From: Candidatus Bathyarchaeia archaeon
GTDB lineage: Archaea > Thermoproteota > Bathyarchaeia > Bathyarchaeales > Bathycorpusculaceae
Assembly (NCBI GenBank): GCA_038727135.1
Contig: JAVYWL010000001.1
Span: forward strand, 704,001 to 768,000
Direction: 5' to 3'
DNA: 64,000 nt
The notes beneath the pieces are model-generated. The model saw only the letters and a list, made by a program, of their open reading frames with translations. It made no database searches and was not told the origin of the DNA. The translations under genes and the position numbers were made by a program. Every line of letters starts with the position of its first letter. The stretch's first letter is position 1. Shown piece by piece: positions 48,574 to 59,260 of this stretch.

Positions 48574-50112
48574 GTGGAGGCTAGCGTGGCACAGGTAACC
48601 TTCGAAGAAATAAGTGCATCAGATTTCTTCTATAGAAACCGTGACATAGCAGGATTCACAAACCCAACGAGAGCCATTTTTGCGGCGATCCGTGAACTTG
48701 TGGAAAACTCTTTGGATGCTGCTGAAAGCCTCAAAATACCACCAGAGATTTATGTTAGGCTCTCCTTTGAGGGCGAGGCGAGCAAGGAAACCCAAATCTA
48801 CAAGCTACGTGTTGAGGATAATGGCTGTGGTGTCCCGCCTAGGCATATCCCTTCAGCTTTTGGGCAAGTGCTTTTCGGTTCAAAGTATAAGCTGAAACAG
48901 CAGAGGGGAACCTTCGGCTTAGGCGGTAAAATGGCTATTTTGTATGGGCAGATAACAACCCACCAGCCAGCCACAATAATTTCCAGTACTGGCATGTCAA
49001 GGATTTACATGTACAAGCTTATGATTGACATTCAACGAAACCGCCCAATAATCCTTGACCGAAAGGTGTTTTTGAACAAGGAGGGCTGGCGCGGCACCAT
49101 TGTCGAGTTCTGCCTTGAAGGCGACTATTTGAGGGCTATGCCAAAAATCCTAGAATATTTCAAGCAGACGGCTATGGTGAACCCCTACGCCAACCTCACC
49201 TTCGTAGATCCGAAAGGCAGACTCTACAAGTTTACTAGGGCAACCACAGTTATGCCGGACCCGCCAAAAGAGACTTTACCCCACCCATACGGCGTTGATG
49301 TGGAGCTTCTCCAACGCCTCATACAGGTTACGCCCTACAACAACATGCTCGAGTTTCTGAAAAACCACTTCCATCGTGTGGGCGAAATAACAGCCAGAAA
49401 GTTCCTAGAGTTCAGTGGCATAAGCCCATCCAAAAACCCGAAGAAGCTATCCCACGAGGAAATTGTCCGGCTTATGCATATGCTGAAAAAGTTTAAGGAG
49501 TTCCTCCCACCAGACGCCAGTTGCCTCTCCCCACTAGGTGAGGAACTGCTAAAAACAGGCGTTTTAAAAGAGCTTAAACCAGAGTTTGTGGCGGTTCACC
49601 AGCGGAAGCCCGCTACTTATGCTGGACACCCCTTCATTGTGGAAGTGGCAATAGCCTATGGCGGGGAAATCCCACAGAAAGGCGGCTTCCTAATATACCG
49701 CTTCGCAAATAGGATTCCACTTCTTTATGATGAGGCAAGTGACGTTTCAGTCAAGGTTATAAATGAAATGAACTGGCGACGCTACAAGGTTACGCCGGAC
49801 ATGCCCATAGCAATAGTTGTCCACATCTGCAGCACAAAAGTCCCCTACAAAACTGTCGGAAAAGAGTTTATAGCCGACAGACCGGAAGTCCGGCGGGAGA
49901 TAGCCAACGGCTTAAGGGAAGTAGCACGCCAACTCCAGCGTTTCTTAACACGAAGAGAGCACGTGGACAGAGAGCGCAAACGCCTAGGAGTTTTCAGCAA
50001 ATACTTGCCAAAAATTGCCGAGTTCTCCACAAAACTTGCCGGCAAGAAGAAGCCTCCAGACATCGAGAAGCTTTTAAGGAGTGTGAGAAGGTTTGGAGTC
50101 GAGGGAATTTAA
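48574..50112 (+). CDS. top6B: DNA topoisomerase VI subunit B
   Basis: ELVENSLDA, DNG.G, RG.FGLG (GHKL), RFANRIPLLY. Confidence 0.96.
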   Translation: MEASVAQVTFEEISASDFFYRNRDIAGFTNPTRAIFAAIRELVENSLDAAESLKIPPEIYVRLSFEGEASKETQIYKLRVEDNGCGVPPRHIPSAFGQVLFGSKYKLKQQRGTFGLGGKMAILYGQITTHQPATIISSTGMSRIYMYKLMIDIQRNRPIILDRKVFLNKEGWRGTIVEFCLEGDYLRAMPKILEYFKQTAMVNPYANLTFVDPKGRLYKFTRATTVMPDPPKETLPHPYGVDVELLQRLIQVTPYNNMLEFLKNHFHRVGEITARKFLEFSGISPSKNPKKLSHEEIVRLMHMLKKFKEFLPPDASCLSPLGEELLKTGVLKELKPEFVAVHQRKPATYAGHPFIVEVAIAYGGEIPQKGGFLIYRFANRIPLLYDEASDVSVKVINEMNWRRYKVTPDMPIAIVVHICSTKVPYKTVGKEFIADRPEVRREIANGLREVARQLQRFLTRREHVDRERKRLGVFSKYLPKIAEFSTKLAGKKKPPDIEKLLRSVRRFGVEGI

Positions 50113-51184
50113 AAGCATAATGGAAAGGCGAAAAGAAGTTTTAACAAGTCTTGAAAATTTTGGATTGAAAATTTACGAGCAGCTTGATAGGGGATATTTC
50201 CCATCCATTGAAATGCCAAGCCGATCAACAGAAAACATCTATTATGATCCAAAATTTAGGCAGTTCATTTTAGGCGATAAGCGTGTTAGGCGAAGCACCC
50301 GCAACATCCGCCACTTGAAACCCTTCGCCCAGCTGGTTTGGACGGCGCTTTTCTCCTATGAACTTACAAGCCAACGTAAGACATCCACCCTAAGAGACGT
50401 TTACTATTCGGCGCAAGCCTACGAAATGACCTTCAAAGACCAGCAAGAATCCAACAACATAATAACAGACTTGGAAACGGTTTTGGGCTTCTCACGAGAA
50501 GACTTTAATATCTTCCCAGAAGAGCGTTCAGCTGTCTTCGGAGACCTAACAATACGCTATACAGTACCGGGCTACGAGGGAAAAACCCTAAACTTGACTT
50601 CCCACCCAGACGGTGTCATGATTGGACCAGCCCTAACCTCCGCGGAGTTTGTCGAAACCACAGCTGACAAAGTGATAGCCATAGAGAAGGGCGGCTTGTT
50701 CACCCGCTTTATTGAAGAGAATGTGCATAAAAAGTTCAACGCCCTGCTGGTGCTTACGGCTGGACAAGCGCCAAGAGCAACCCGCCATTTTATTAGGCGA
50801 CTAAACCGCGAACTCGGCTTGCCAGTCTACATTTTCACGGACGGCGACCCGTGGGGAATGCACATAGCCATGGTCATAATTTCCGGTTCGGCGAATGCCG
50901 CCCACCTAAGAGATTTGACAACGCCGGATGCCAAATGGAGTGGCGTTTGGGCAACAGACATTGTCAAATATAAGCTGCCAACAGACCCGCTGGACGAGAT
51001 TGACATGAAGAGGCTGTATGAACTTCAGAAAGACCCGAGATATAAGGAGGACCCCCTATGGCAAAGGGAAATTAAAACTTTCATGAAGATTAAGCGCAAG
51101 GCTGAGCAGGAGGCTTTCAGCAGATATGGGCTGACCTACATTGTGGACGAGTACTTGCCAGCAAAACTCGAAGAGACAAAATAG
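50093..51184 (+). CDS. top6A: DNA topoisomerase VI subunit A
   Basis: TLRDVYY catalytic Tyr, IEK, DGDPWG Toprim, KAEQE. Confidence 0.96.
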   Translation: MESREFKSIMERRKEVLTSLENFGLKIYEQLDRGYFPSIEMPSRSTENIYYDPKFRQFILGDKRVRRSTRNIRHLKPFAQLVWTALFSYELTSQRKTSTLRDVYYSAQAYEMTFKDQQESNNIITDLETVLGFSREDFNIFPEERSAVFGDLTIRYTVPGYEGKTLNLTSHPDGVMIGPALTSAEFVETTADKVIAIEKGGLFTRFIEENVHKKFNALLVLTAGQAPRATRHFIRRLNRELGLPVYIFTDGDPWGMHIAMVIISGSANAAHLRDLTTPDAKWSGVWATDIVKYKLPTDPLDEIDMKRLYELQKDPRYKEDPLWQREIKTFMKIKRKAEQEAFSRYGLTYIVDEYLPAKLEETK

Positions 51185-51264
51185 CCCTTATAAAAGGGGA
51201 AATTTAAAATAACCCTCAATGCTTTATGTAGAAGGACACTGCAAACCTTTAGAGGCTGAAAAGT

Positions 51265-51462
51265 ATGAGCGAAGAAGGCGGCTTCGGAATAACAGCTGCA
51301 GAAAAATTCTTTGGGCTAATTCTAGTGATTGTTGGCGCTTTGGCTACACACTTCACTTTAACAAGCAGCAGCACGCTGGGCGTTTACACGTGGTTTTTTG
51401 GATTTTTAGCCATAGTCTTACTTGCACTTGGAGTTTTCCTCATAATCGCCAAGGCTGAGTAG
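51265..51462 (+). CDS. Small 2-TM membrane protein
   Basis: 65 aa, two hydrophobic helices, ATG start. Confidence 0.6.
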   Translation: MSEEGGFGITAAEKFFGLILVIVGALATHFTLTSSSTLGVYTWFFGFLAIVLLALGVFLIIAKAE

Positions 51463-51553
51463 CATCGCCTTATAACAGCATTTATTATAAGAGGGATAAT
51501 TTTATTAGTTTGTTGGATGGTTGCAGTCTGTTATCTGCCCAGGGAAGACTGCC

Positions 51554-53335
51554 ATGTCGCTTCGTCAGCCTATCGTCTGTGTTCTTGGTCATGTGGATAC
51601 TGGTAAGACTCTTCTTTTGGATAAGATTCGCAAGACAAGTGTTCAAGCTCGCGAAGTTGGAGGTATGACACAGCATATTGGCGCCAGCTTCTTTCCAGTT
51701 GAAACCCTAAAACAAATGATTGGTCCATTGCTTTCGACTATTAAGGGCGAGATTGAGATTCCGGGATTGCTGGTTATTGACACGCCGGGGCATGAGGCTT
51801 TCACCAATTTGCGGAAACGCGGTGGCAGCGTAGCTGACATCGCTATTCTCGTCATTGACGTGCTTCGGGGTTTTGAGGCTCAAACTTATGAGTGTATTGA
51901 GATTTTGAAGGCTCGGAAGACGCCTTTCCTCGTGGCTGCCAACAAGATTGACCGCATTCCAGGCTGGAATTCTTATCCTGACACGCCTTTTTTGAAGGCT
52001 TATCAGCTTCAGGACAAGTATGTGCAGGAGGATTTGGACAACCGCCTTTACGAGATTATTGGCACTTTTTCGCGTTTGGGTTTTAGGGCTGACCGTTTCG
52101 ACCGAATAAAGGACTTCACAAGAACAGTGGCTATTGTTCCTACAAGCGCCAAGACAGGCGAGGGCATAACAGAGCTTTTGGCTGTTCTTGTGGGCTTGAC
52201 ACAGCAGTACCTTAAGAAGCGTTTACAAACCACTGTTGGACCAGCTAAAGGCACGGTTCTCGAAGTTAAAGAGGAGCCTGGGCTTGGCTTGACGCTTAAC
52301 ACAATAATTTATGATGGGACACTGCGGAAGGACGACTTGATAGTTGTTGGCGGTAAGGAGAAGCCCATAACAACGCGGGTTAGAGCCATCCTAGTGCCAA
52401 AGCCACTAGACGAAATTAGAGATCCAAGGGACAAGTTCTCTTCAGTGGATTCTGTTTCCGCAGCCGCCGGAGTGAAGATTGTTGCCCCAGACTTGGAGGG
52501 CGCCTTGGCTGGCGCGCCCTTGTATGCTGTTGGGGATGGCGAAGACCCTGAAAGGTATGTTAGGCTTGTCTCCGAAGAAATTGAGAGGATTAGGATTACG
52601 ACGGATGTGGATGGCGTTGTTTTGAAGGCTGACACGCTTGGCTCTTTGGAGGCTATAGCGGAAAACCTTAGGCGGAACGGTGTGCCCATCCGTTTGGCAG
52701 ACGTTGGCGACGTTTCAAAACGGGATGTTACCGAAGCCTCCATCGTTAAGGAGCATGAACCCTTCTACGGTGTCATTTTAGCCTTCAACGTTAAAGTTTT
52801 GCCAGACGCCGAGGAAGAAGCAAAAAACATTGGCGTCCAAATCTTTAAGGAAAAAATAATCTACCACTTGATAGACAATTATCTTTCTTGGCTTAAAACT
52901 CAAAGAGAAGCCAAAATTGAAGCTGAATTCGAAAAACTGGTTAAGCCTGGAAAAATCCAGATTTTGGAGGGCTATGTTTTCAGAAGAGCCAAACCAGCCA
53001 TAGTAGGCGTCGAAGTCCTAGCTGGAAGAATAAAGCCCAGAACAAGCCTAATAAGGGCTGAGGACGGCGAGGAAGTCGGCGAAATACAGCAAATCCAAGA
53101 GAAGGGAAAAGCCCTACCAGAGGCCAGACAGGGCATGCAAGTAGCCATAAGCCTAGACAAGCCCATGGTTGGAAGGCACATATTCGAAAAGGACATTTTA
53201 TACGTGAAAGTGCCAGAACAACACGCCAAAGCACTGCTCAAAAACTTTATGGACAAACTGACGCCCGACGAGCAAGAAGCCCTCAACGAGTACATCAACC
53301 TAATGCGGAAAAAGGTGCCCTTCTGGGCAACCTAG
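51554..53335 (+). CDS. infB: Translation initiation factor aIF5B/IF2
   Basis: GHVDTGKT, TQHIGA, DTPGHE, NKID; no intein. Confidence 0.97.
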   Translation: MSLRQPIVCVLGHVDTGKTLLLDKIRKTSVQAREVGGMTQHIGASFFPVETLKQMIGPLLSTIKGEIEIPGLLVIDTPGHEAFTNLRKRGGSVADIAILVIDVLRGFEAQTYECIEILKARKTPFLVAANKIDRIPGWNSYPDTPFLKAYQLQDKYVQEDLDNRLYEIIGTFSRLGFRADRFDRIKDFTRTVAIVPTSAKTGEGITELLAVLVGLTQQYLKKRLQTTVGPAKGTVLEVKEEPGLGLTLNTIIYDGTLRKDDLIVVGGKEKPITTRVRAILVPKPLDEIRDPRDKFSSVDSVSAAAGVKIVAPDLEGALAGAPLYAVGDGEDPERYVRLVSEEIERIRITTDVDGVVLKADTLGSLEAIAENLRRNGVPIRLADVGDVSKRDVTEASIVKEHEPFYGVILAFNVKVLPDAEEEAKNIGVQIFKEKIIYHLIDNYLSWLKTQREAKIEAEFEKLVKPGKIQILEGYVFRRAKPAIVGVEVLAGRIKPRTSLIRAEDGEEVGEIQQIQEKGKALPEARQGMQVAISLDKPMVGRHIFEKDILYVKVPEQHAKALLKNFMDKLTPDEQEALNEYINLMRKKVPFWAT

Positions 53336-53351
53336 CCCTTTGAACTCAATT

Positions 53352-54467
53352 TTATGATAGAAGATGTATATTACCTAGGCGTACCCGTTTTAGGTGTTTT
53401 TCCGCTGCTTCTAGACATTCTGTTGCTTGTTTTCTGCTTGTGGTTGGCAAGTCATTCATAACGTAGCATGGGTAAAATGCTAAAAGCGTGTAGGGGATTT
53501 CTGGGTTTATTTGGCTTATGAACTGGGCTATTTTTTCGACTTCTTCTGCGTCCACATATCCTGGCACAAGTAGCGTGCTTGCCGTTAGGACTGGTGGTTC
53601 TGGGCGTTTCGCGTAATATTTTTCGCCTATCATTTGGAAGTTTTCTAGGGATGGTTTGTTGGATACTCCGCATAGGGCTATGGCTAGTGGCTCGCTCCAC
53701 GCTTTCAAGTCGAATTTTATGTTTCCTCCGCTTTTTAGGGCTAGTTCTGCGGCTTTCTCCGCCATTTTTGGGTTCATGTAGCCGTTGGTTTCCCAGCAGA
53801 CTCGCATTATTCGCTTTTCCTCTTCGGCTTTTTCTAGGGCTATGCGACTTGCCTCCAGCGAGTGTGGCATCTGCGGGGACGGGTCTCCTCCAAAGTAGCA
53901 TATGCATGAAACCCTTTTGTCGAAGGCTTTTTGGGCTAGGGTTTCGGCGCTCATAACTGGCTTGTGTTTGGCTGAAAGATTGCGATAATGCCAGTTTTGG
54001 CAGAAGAGGCAGTCGTAACTGCATGCGCCGTAGAAAACTGCCAAATTGTAATAGCCGTATTCTGGTTCTGGCTTGTAGGCGTATTTCGGATAGCCATTGC
54101 CAGTGCATCCTGGACAAAACCACCAGCTTACACAGTTGGTGGGCAAGCCATCATAATACCATTCCAAGACGCCTTGTTCTGCTGTTCCGCCGAAACGGAC
54201 GAGGCGACCGCCAACATTCCAGACAAGCCCACAAAAGCCGCTTCCACCAACGCCTATGACACAGTTGTTGGCACAAACACCGCATGGAAGTCCGCCCTTA
54301 TCTCGTGGTGGTTCTGAAGGTAAACCATAAACGGCTCTGCTCTTGGCATGGGCTTCCCTTGCGGCTTCTAGGGCTTTTTCAGGCTTTTCCCTAATACATT
54401 TCAGGCAGACGCCCAAATTCCCAGAGATTAGTGGCGAACTTTCACCGCAAACCCGACATTTCCCCAT
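53352..54467 (-). CDS. Radical SAM protein (PflA/AmmeMemoRadiSam-like) with N-terminal Cys clusters
   Basis: CSYDCLFCQN, GGDP, ETNG, DLK, GNIHLL. Confidence 0.85.
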   Translation of the reverse strand: MGKCRVCGESSPLISGNLGVCLKCIREKPEKALEAAREAHAKSRAVYGLPSEPPRDKGGLPCGVCANNCVIGVGGSGFCGLVWNVGGRLVRFGGTAEQGVLEWYYDGLPTNCVSWWFCPGCTGNGYPKYAYKPEPEYGYYNLAVFYGACSYDCLFCQNWHYRNLSAKHKPVMSAETLAQKAFDKRVSCICYFGGDPSPQMPHSLEASRIALEKAEEEKRIMRVCWETNGYMNPKMAEKAAELALKSGGNIKFDLKAWSEPLAIALCGVSNKPSLENFQMIGEKYYAKRPEPPVLTASTLLVPGYVDAEEVEKIAQFISQINPEIPYTLLAFYPCYVMNDLPTTSRKQATECLEAAEKHLKRVRLGNIHLLS

Positions 54468-54613
54468 CGCAAGCTCAAGAAAACTATTGCTTATCAAACC
54501 TAAAAATCTAGAGGGGAAAGTCCACTATTGGCTTTCCCACAAGCCAAAAACCTAGAGAGGGTATCCAATTTAGCAAAACCCCACAGCCTAAAATTGACCG
54601 AACAGCCTTCCTT

Positions 54614-54907
54614 TTAGCCGCCGCCCACTGGTGGTATAATTGCCAAGACGTCGCCATCTGCCAGTTCCGTCTTAAGCCCTTTCATGGTGGAGGCGCTTCT
54701 CCCATTTATTAGGAATTGGAGGAAACCCTTCACATCACCGGTTTTACTATCATAAACGTATTCAACAAAGTCTTTCCCATACTGTTTCGCCAATCTTCCC
54801 AGCACTTTTTCCACAGTTACGTTTTCCCCGTCTGGAAATTCCAGCGTCTCCTCTCTCTTGCCGGTAATTTCCCGAAGGGTGGTGAAGAAGCGCACCGAAA
54901 CCCTCAA
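54614..54907 (-). CDS. moaD: MoaD/ThiS/SAMP ubiquitin-like sulfur carrier
   Basis: Beta-grasp, INGR, DGD.LAIIPPVGGG C-terminus. Confidence 0.88.
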   Translation of the reverse strand: MRVSVRFFTTLREITGKREETLEFPDGENVTVEKVLGRLAKQYGKDFVEYVYDSKTGDVKGFLQFLINGRSASTMKGLKTELADGDVLAIIPPVGGG

Positions 54908-55007
54908 GGCTTTTCACCATCAACAATGGAATATAAAACATATGGAAAAGCTTTTCCCAAGGCAGAAGCCACTCTTATAGGCAAAACACCACTTAAAGTG
55001 CATATCA

Positions 55008-55562
55008 TTGGATATAGCCACAATACTGGTCATAGCCGTCGGGCTTGCAATGGACGCCTTCAGCGTCTCCATAGCCTATAGCATAACAGCCAAAGGCAAC
55101 GGCAAAACCAACGCCTTAAAGATGGCTTCATCCTTCGGAGCCTTCCAAGCCTTCATGCCAGTAATAGGATGGCTGTTAGGCGTTGAAATCCTAGAGCTTA
55201 TAGCCGGCTTCGACCACTGGCTTGCATTTCTTCTCTTAACCCTCATCGGATGCAAAATGATTTATGAAGCAGTAATCGCCAAGCATCAACCAAAAAACAA
55301 GAGACTCGACTTTCCCACACTTTTATTGTTGTCTATTGCCACAAGCATAGACGCCCTAGCAGTGGGCTTAAGCTTCGCCTTCCTAAAAGTCTCCATAACC
55401 ACGCCAATAGCCATAATAGGCACAATAACCTTCACGCTGTGCCTTATAGGCGCAACTATAGGCGACAGGCTCGGAAAGACTTTTTCAGACAAAATTGAAG
55501 TTTTAGGTGGACTAATCCTAATAGGCATAGGCGCAAAAATCCTCATTGAGCATATGGCTTAA
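55008..55562 (+). CDS. mntP: Manganese efflux pump
   Basis: GLAMDAFSVS, FQA.MP, DHW, ATSIDALAVG. Confidence 0.9.
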   Translation: MDIATILVIAVGLAMDAFSVSIAYSITAKGNGKTNALKMASSFGAFQAFMPVIGWLLGVEILELIAGFDHWLAFLLLTLIGCKMIYEAVIAKHQPKNKRLDFPTLLLLSIATSIDALAVGLSFAFLKVSITTPIAIIGTITFTLCLIGATIGDRLGKTFSDKIEVLGGLILIGIGAKILIEHMA

Positions 55563-55674
55563 GCTTATGCATGTGCTAGGTTAAACTCCAACTTCTTTTT
55601 TGGAAAAGTTTATATTTTACCGCATTTTTGCTTAACCACGAAACCATTTTAACATTGATTGGAGGAAAAGCTGT

Positions 55675-57327
55675 ATGGCTTACTTAACAACAACAGCTTC
55701 AGGTCAGCCCGTCTTAATCCTAAAAGAGGGGACAGCCCGAAGCCGCGGAAGAGAAGCCCAAAGAAACAACATTATGGCAGCCCGCATTATAGGCGAAGTC
55801 CTAAAAACAACACTTGGTCCCCGCGGCATGGATAAAATGCTTATTGACAGCCTTGGCGACATAACAATAACCAATGATGGCGCCGCAATTTTGGACGAGA
55901 TTGAGGTGGAGCATCCAGCCGCCAAAATGATGGTGGAAGTGGCAAAAACCCAAGATGACATGGTGGGCGACGGAACAACAACAGCCGTTGTCTTGGCTGG
56001 CGAACTCTTGAAAAAAGCTGAGGAGCTCCTAGACCAGAACATTCACCCAACAATAATTGTTAGCGGTTATCGAAAAGCCGCTCAAAAGGCTGTGGAGGTG
56101 ATAAACCGCATAGCCAAGCCTGTGGACATCGAAGACCGTGAAACCCTCCGAAAGGTGGCTTTAACATCCATGGCAAGCAAAGCCGTTGGTCCAGCCAAAG
56201 AACACTTGGCAGAGATAGCCATAGACGCCGTAAAACAAATCGTTGAGAAGAGGGGCGATAGGCTGGTTGCGGACATAGATAACATTCAGATAATTAAGAA
56301 GACTGGCAAGGGGCTCTTCGAATCCCAGCTTGTAAGGGGAGTAATAATAGACAAGGAAGTTGTCCACCCGGGAATGCCGAAGAAAATTGAAAATGCAAAA
56401 ATTGCATTACTAGACTGTCCACTGGAGATTGAGAAGACAGAGTTCAGCGCTGAAATACGCATCCGCGATCCATCCCAGATGAAAGCCTTCCTAGACCAGG
56501 AAACCCAAATGCTCAAGGAAATGGTTGAGAAGATTAAGGCTGCAGGCGCCAACGTTGTCTTCTGTCAAAAGGGCATAGACGACATGGCACAACACTTCCT
56601 AGCCAAGGAGGGCATACTAGCCGCCAGAAGGGTCAAACAGTCAGACATGGAAAAGCTGGCAAGAGCCACAGGCGGAAGAATAGTTACAGACCTAGACGAC
56701 CTGACACCGCAAGATTTGGGTACCGCTGGCGTTGTGGAAGAGCGGAAAATCGGCGAGGACAAAATGATATTTGTTGAAGACTGCAAGAACCCGCGTTCTG
56801 TTGGCATTCTCATAAGGGCTGGACTTGAAAGGATGGTGGACGAGGCGGAACGAGCCATGACGGACGCTCTGTCAGTGGTTTCAGACGTAATAGAACACAA
56901 CAAAATCGTGGCTGGAGGCGGCGCAGTAGAAGTTGAAATAGCCAAAGAGCTCAGAGACTACGCGGCAAAGGTTGGCGGAAGAGAACAACTAGCCATAGAA
57001 GCCTTCGCAGACGCCATAGAAATAATACCACGAACACTGGCTGAAAACGCTGGGCTAGAACCAATAGACATAATAGTTGAGCTTAGGGCTGCCCACGAAA
57101 AAACCGACGGCCACTACATGGGCGTAAACGTGTTCACAGGGAAAGTCGAAGACATGTACAACAACGGCGTTGTTGAACCAGCCATAGTCAAGGAGCAAGC
57201 GGTAAAATCAGCCACAGAATCAGCCTCCATGATACTCCGCATAGACGACGTCATAGCTGCATCAAAACCGAAAGAAGAAAAGGAGAAAGAAAAGCCTCCA
57301 AGCGAAACCGAAAGCGAAGAATTCTAA
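55675..57327 (+). CDS. ths: Thermosome (group II chaperonin) second subunit
   Basis: [23 protein letters not shown]. Confidence 0.97.
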   Translation: MAYLTTTASGQPVLILKEGTARSRGREAQRNNIMAARIIGEVLKTTLGPRGMDKMLIDSLGDITITNDGAAILDEIEVEHPAAKMMVEVAKTQDDMVGDGTTTAVVLAGELLKKAEELLDQNIHPTIIVSGYRKAAQKAVEVINRIAKPVDIEDRETLRKVALTSMASKAVGPAKEHLAEIAIDAVKQIVEKRGDRLVADIDNIQIIKKTGKGLFESQLVRGVIIDKEVVHPGMPKKIENAKIALLDCPLEIEKTEFSAEIRIRDPSQMKAFLDQETQMLKEMVEKIKAAGANVVFCQKGIDDMAQHFLAKEGILAARRVKQSDMEKLARATGGRIVTDLDDLTPQDLGTAGVVEERKIGEDKMIFVEDCKNPRSVGILIRAGLERMVDEAERAMTDALSVVSDVIEHNKIVAGGGAVEVEIAKELRDYAAKVGGREQLAIEAFADAIEIIPRTLAENAGLEPIDIIVELRAAHEKTDGHYMGVNVFTGKVEDMYNNGVVEPAIVKEQAVKSATESASMILRIDDVIAASKPKEEKEKEKPPSETESEEF

Positions 57328-57435
57328 ATCACCCAAACTTTTTCTAAACCCTAAAACTGTTTGACTATTGTTTTCCTTAAAACTTTAAAGGAATCTTTTT
57401 CCATCATGTTTTGCATTGTTTGGTTAGTGATTACC

Positions 57436-58365
57436 ATGCCTTTGGTTTGCAGCAAGTGCCGCTTGGCAAGCGCTGAAGTACAGATTCCATACGCCAAGCT
57501 AAATCTCTGCCCGGGCTGCTTCATGGACTTCTATAAAGCCAGAGTGCGGAAAACCGTTGAAGAATTTAAAATGTTTAGGGAAGACGACACTGTTGGCGTA
57601 GCCGTTTCAGGCGGAAAGGACAGCGCCGCACTCTTGCATGTTTTGCGGCAAGCCTATCCAAGGCTTGGACTTAAAGCCCTACACATAAACTTGGGCATAC
57701 CAGAATATTCGGCGCATTGTCAAGAAAAGGTTGAAAAGCTTGCAGACATTTTGGATGTTGAGTTGCATGTTTTCAGCCTTCCAGAAGAGCTGGGCATAAG
57801 CATAGGAGACTTTAAGAAAACGCCATTCAAAGGGAAAATATGCTCTGCTTGTGGAACAATTAAACGCCGCGTCTTCGAAGAGCTAGCCATAAAAGCCAAA
57901 GTTCGGGTTTTGGCAACAGGCCACAACTTGGAGGACGTTGCAGGCGTGTTGTTTAACAACTTCCTTTACGGACGATGGGAACAGTTCGTGAGGCTTAAAC
58001 CAGTTCTGCCTCCGCTGGCGGAGGGCATGGCCTCAAAGGTTAAGCCCCTAATGAAATGTCCGGAAAACGAGAATCTGCTTTACTGCCTTTATGGGGATGT
58101 TCCTTTCCGCGAAATTGACTGCCCTTACGCAACTGGAACCGGCGTGAGGAAAAGAGCAAAAATTCTGGAGTTTTTGTCGAGGGATAACCCATATTTTAGG
58201 CATCAACTCTTGAACCGATTCTTAGAAATCATGCCGCTGGTTGAAAGTGTTACACAAAAGCCTACACTAGGTCGATGTAAGGTTTGTGGTTTCCCCTCGT
58301 CCAGCGAAGTTTGTGCCTTCTGCAGACGCCTAGCCATGGTTAGGGAAGCCGCTGGCAAAGTTTAA
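57436..58365 (+). CDS. tRNA 2-thiolation PP-loop ATPase (Ncs6/TtuA family)
   Basis: N- and C-terminal Zn fingers, SGGKDS, CSAC, TGHN, CPY. Confidence 0.85.
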   Translation: MPLVCSKCRLASAEVQIPYAKLNLCPGCFMDFYKARVRKTVEEFKMFREDDTVGVAVSGGKDSAALLHVLRQAYPRLGLKALHINLGIPEYSAHCQEKVEKLADILDVELHVFSLPEELGISIGDFKKTPFKGKICSACGTIKRRVFEELAIKAKVRVLATGHNLEDVAGVLFNNFLYGRWEQFVRLKPVLPPLAEGMASKVKPLMKCPENENLLYCLYGDVPFREIDCPYATGTGVRKRAKILEFLSRDNPYFRHQLLNRFLEIMPLVESVTQKPTLGRCKVCGFPSSSEVCAFCRRLAMVREAAGKV

Positions 58366-58390
58366 GCCTTTAAAGGTTCTAAAAATTATT

Positions 58391-58984
58391 GTGGACCAGA
58401 TTCCAGAGCATCAACACCTATATCTTGTGAAGAATCTTAGGGGAATAATCTACCTTTCAAGAGATGTTTCTCCAGAGAAAGAGGTTGAGTGGCTTAAGAG
58501 AAAGTTTAGGTATAGGGAACTGGGCGTTTCAGAAACCCTAAAGCTCGAGCTAAAATGGAAGAAGCTCCTAACCCTGCCAAAAATTGTGGATAACCCGGTT
58601 TTAGATTCGCTTATACTAGCCTCCAGCTTTGTGTGCCCATTAATAGTTTTGAAGGAGGAAAGCCTAAAAGACTTCGAAAACGCTGTAGTCGCATCCCTCA
58701 AAACAAAGGAGAAGCTTGGAGACAAGGACCTAAAATTCAATTTAAGGCTTGTAAATTACGCCATAACCGACTTTTACACGAAATCCATAGAGCTTGCACT
58801 TCACTCTGATTTGGATGGGCGGAAAAGGCTTGCTGAAAAAGACTTGAAAAGGTTTTGGAGAATCCCAGAAAATACCAGCGGAAAAACTTTAATTGCCTAC
58901 ATAGACCCGCTTCTGGTTAAAAGCAACTTGCAAAAGCCAGTATACATGAGCTTGGTTCCAAGTCTAGTTCTTGACTTAAGCTAA
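58391..58984 (+). CDS. Hypothetical protein
   Basis: 197-aa ORF co-oriented with the thiolase gene; no motif recognised. Confidence 0.55.
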   Translation: MDQIPEHQHLYLVKNLRGIIYLSRDVSPEKEVEWLKRKFRYRELGVSETLKLELKWKKLLTLPKIVDNPVLDSLILASSFVCPLIVLKEESLKDFENAVVASLKTKEKLGDKDLKFNLRLVNYAITDFYTKSIELALHSDLDGRKRLAEKDLKRFWRIPENTSGKTLIAYIDPLLVKSNLQKPVYMSLVPSLVLDLS

Positions 58985-59017
58985 AACGTGTTATGTTTAT
59001 TCGGAATTCGACCTTAA

Positions 59018-59036
59018 AATATGAATAATTCATATT
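59018..59036. promoter_or_regulatory. Palindromic operator candidate AATATGAAT-A-ATTCATATT
   Basis: Perfect 9-bp inverted repeat abutting TATA-like CCTTAAAA (59012-59019). Confidence 0.45.
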
Positions 59037-59089
59037 GAAAATTCACACAACTTAAGTCTTCTGGCACTAAAATTTCTATTCGGAGAAGA

Positions 59090-59260
59090 ATGCGGGACAG
59101 GAAGAGCTTGGGAGAACAATACTATTGTATAATAGAAGTTAGGGTTCCAAGCGGCCCAAAAGGTTGGCAGGAAACCGTTAACGGCAAGATGAGGCAGGTT
59201 TTGGAGAAGCTTAAGATCAGTGTTGAGGAGTTGGGCGGCAAAGTTTACATCAGATATTAA
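59090..59260 (+). CDS. 56-aa hypothetical microprotein (not in ORF track)
   Basis: MRDRKSLGEQYYCIIEVRVPSGPKGWQETVNGKMRQVLEKLKISVEELGGKVYIRY*; GGAGA upstream. Confidence 0.5.
   Translation: MRDRKSLGEQYYCIIEVRVPSGPKGWQETVNGKMRQVLEKLKISVEELGGKVYIRY

Noticed and set aside
53452-54123. 223-aa alternative-frame ORF and other shadow ORFs in the track
   Set aside because: They overlap well-supported genes and lack recognisable motifs
54908-55007. yybP-ykoY Mn riboswitch before mntP
   Set aside because: Short divergent promoter region without the GGGGAGUA-type core
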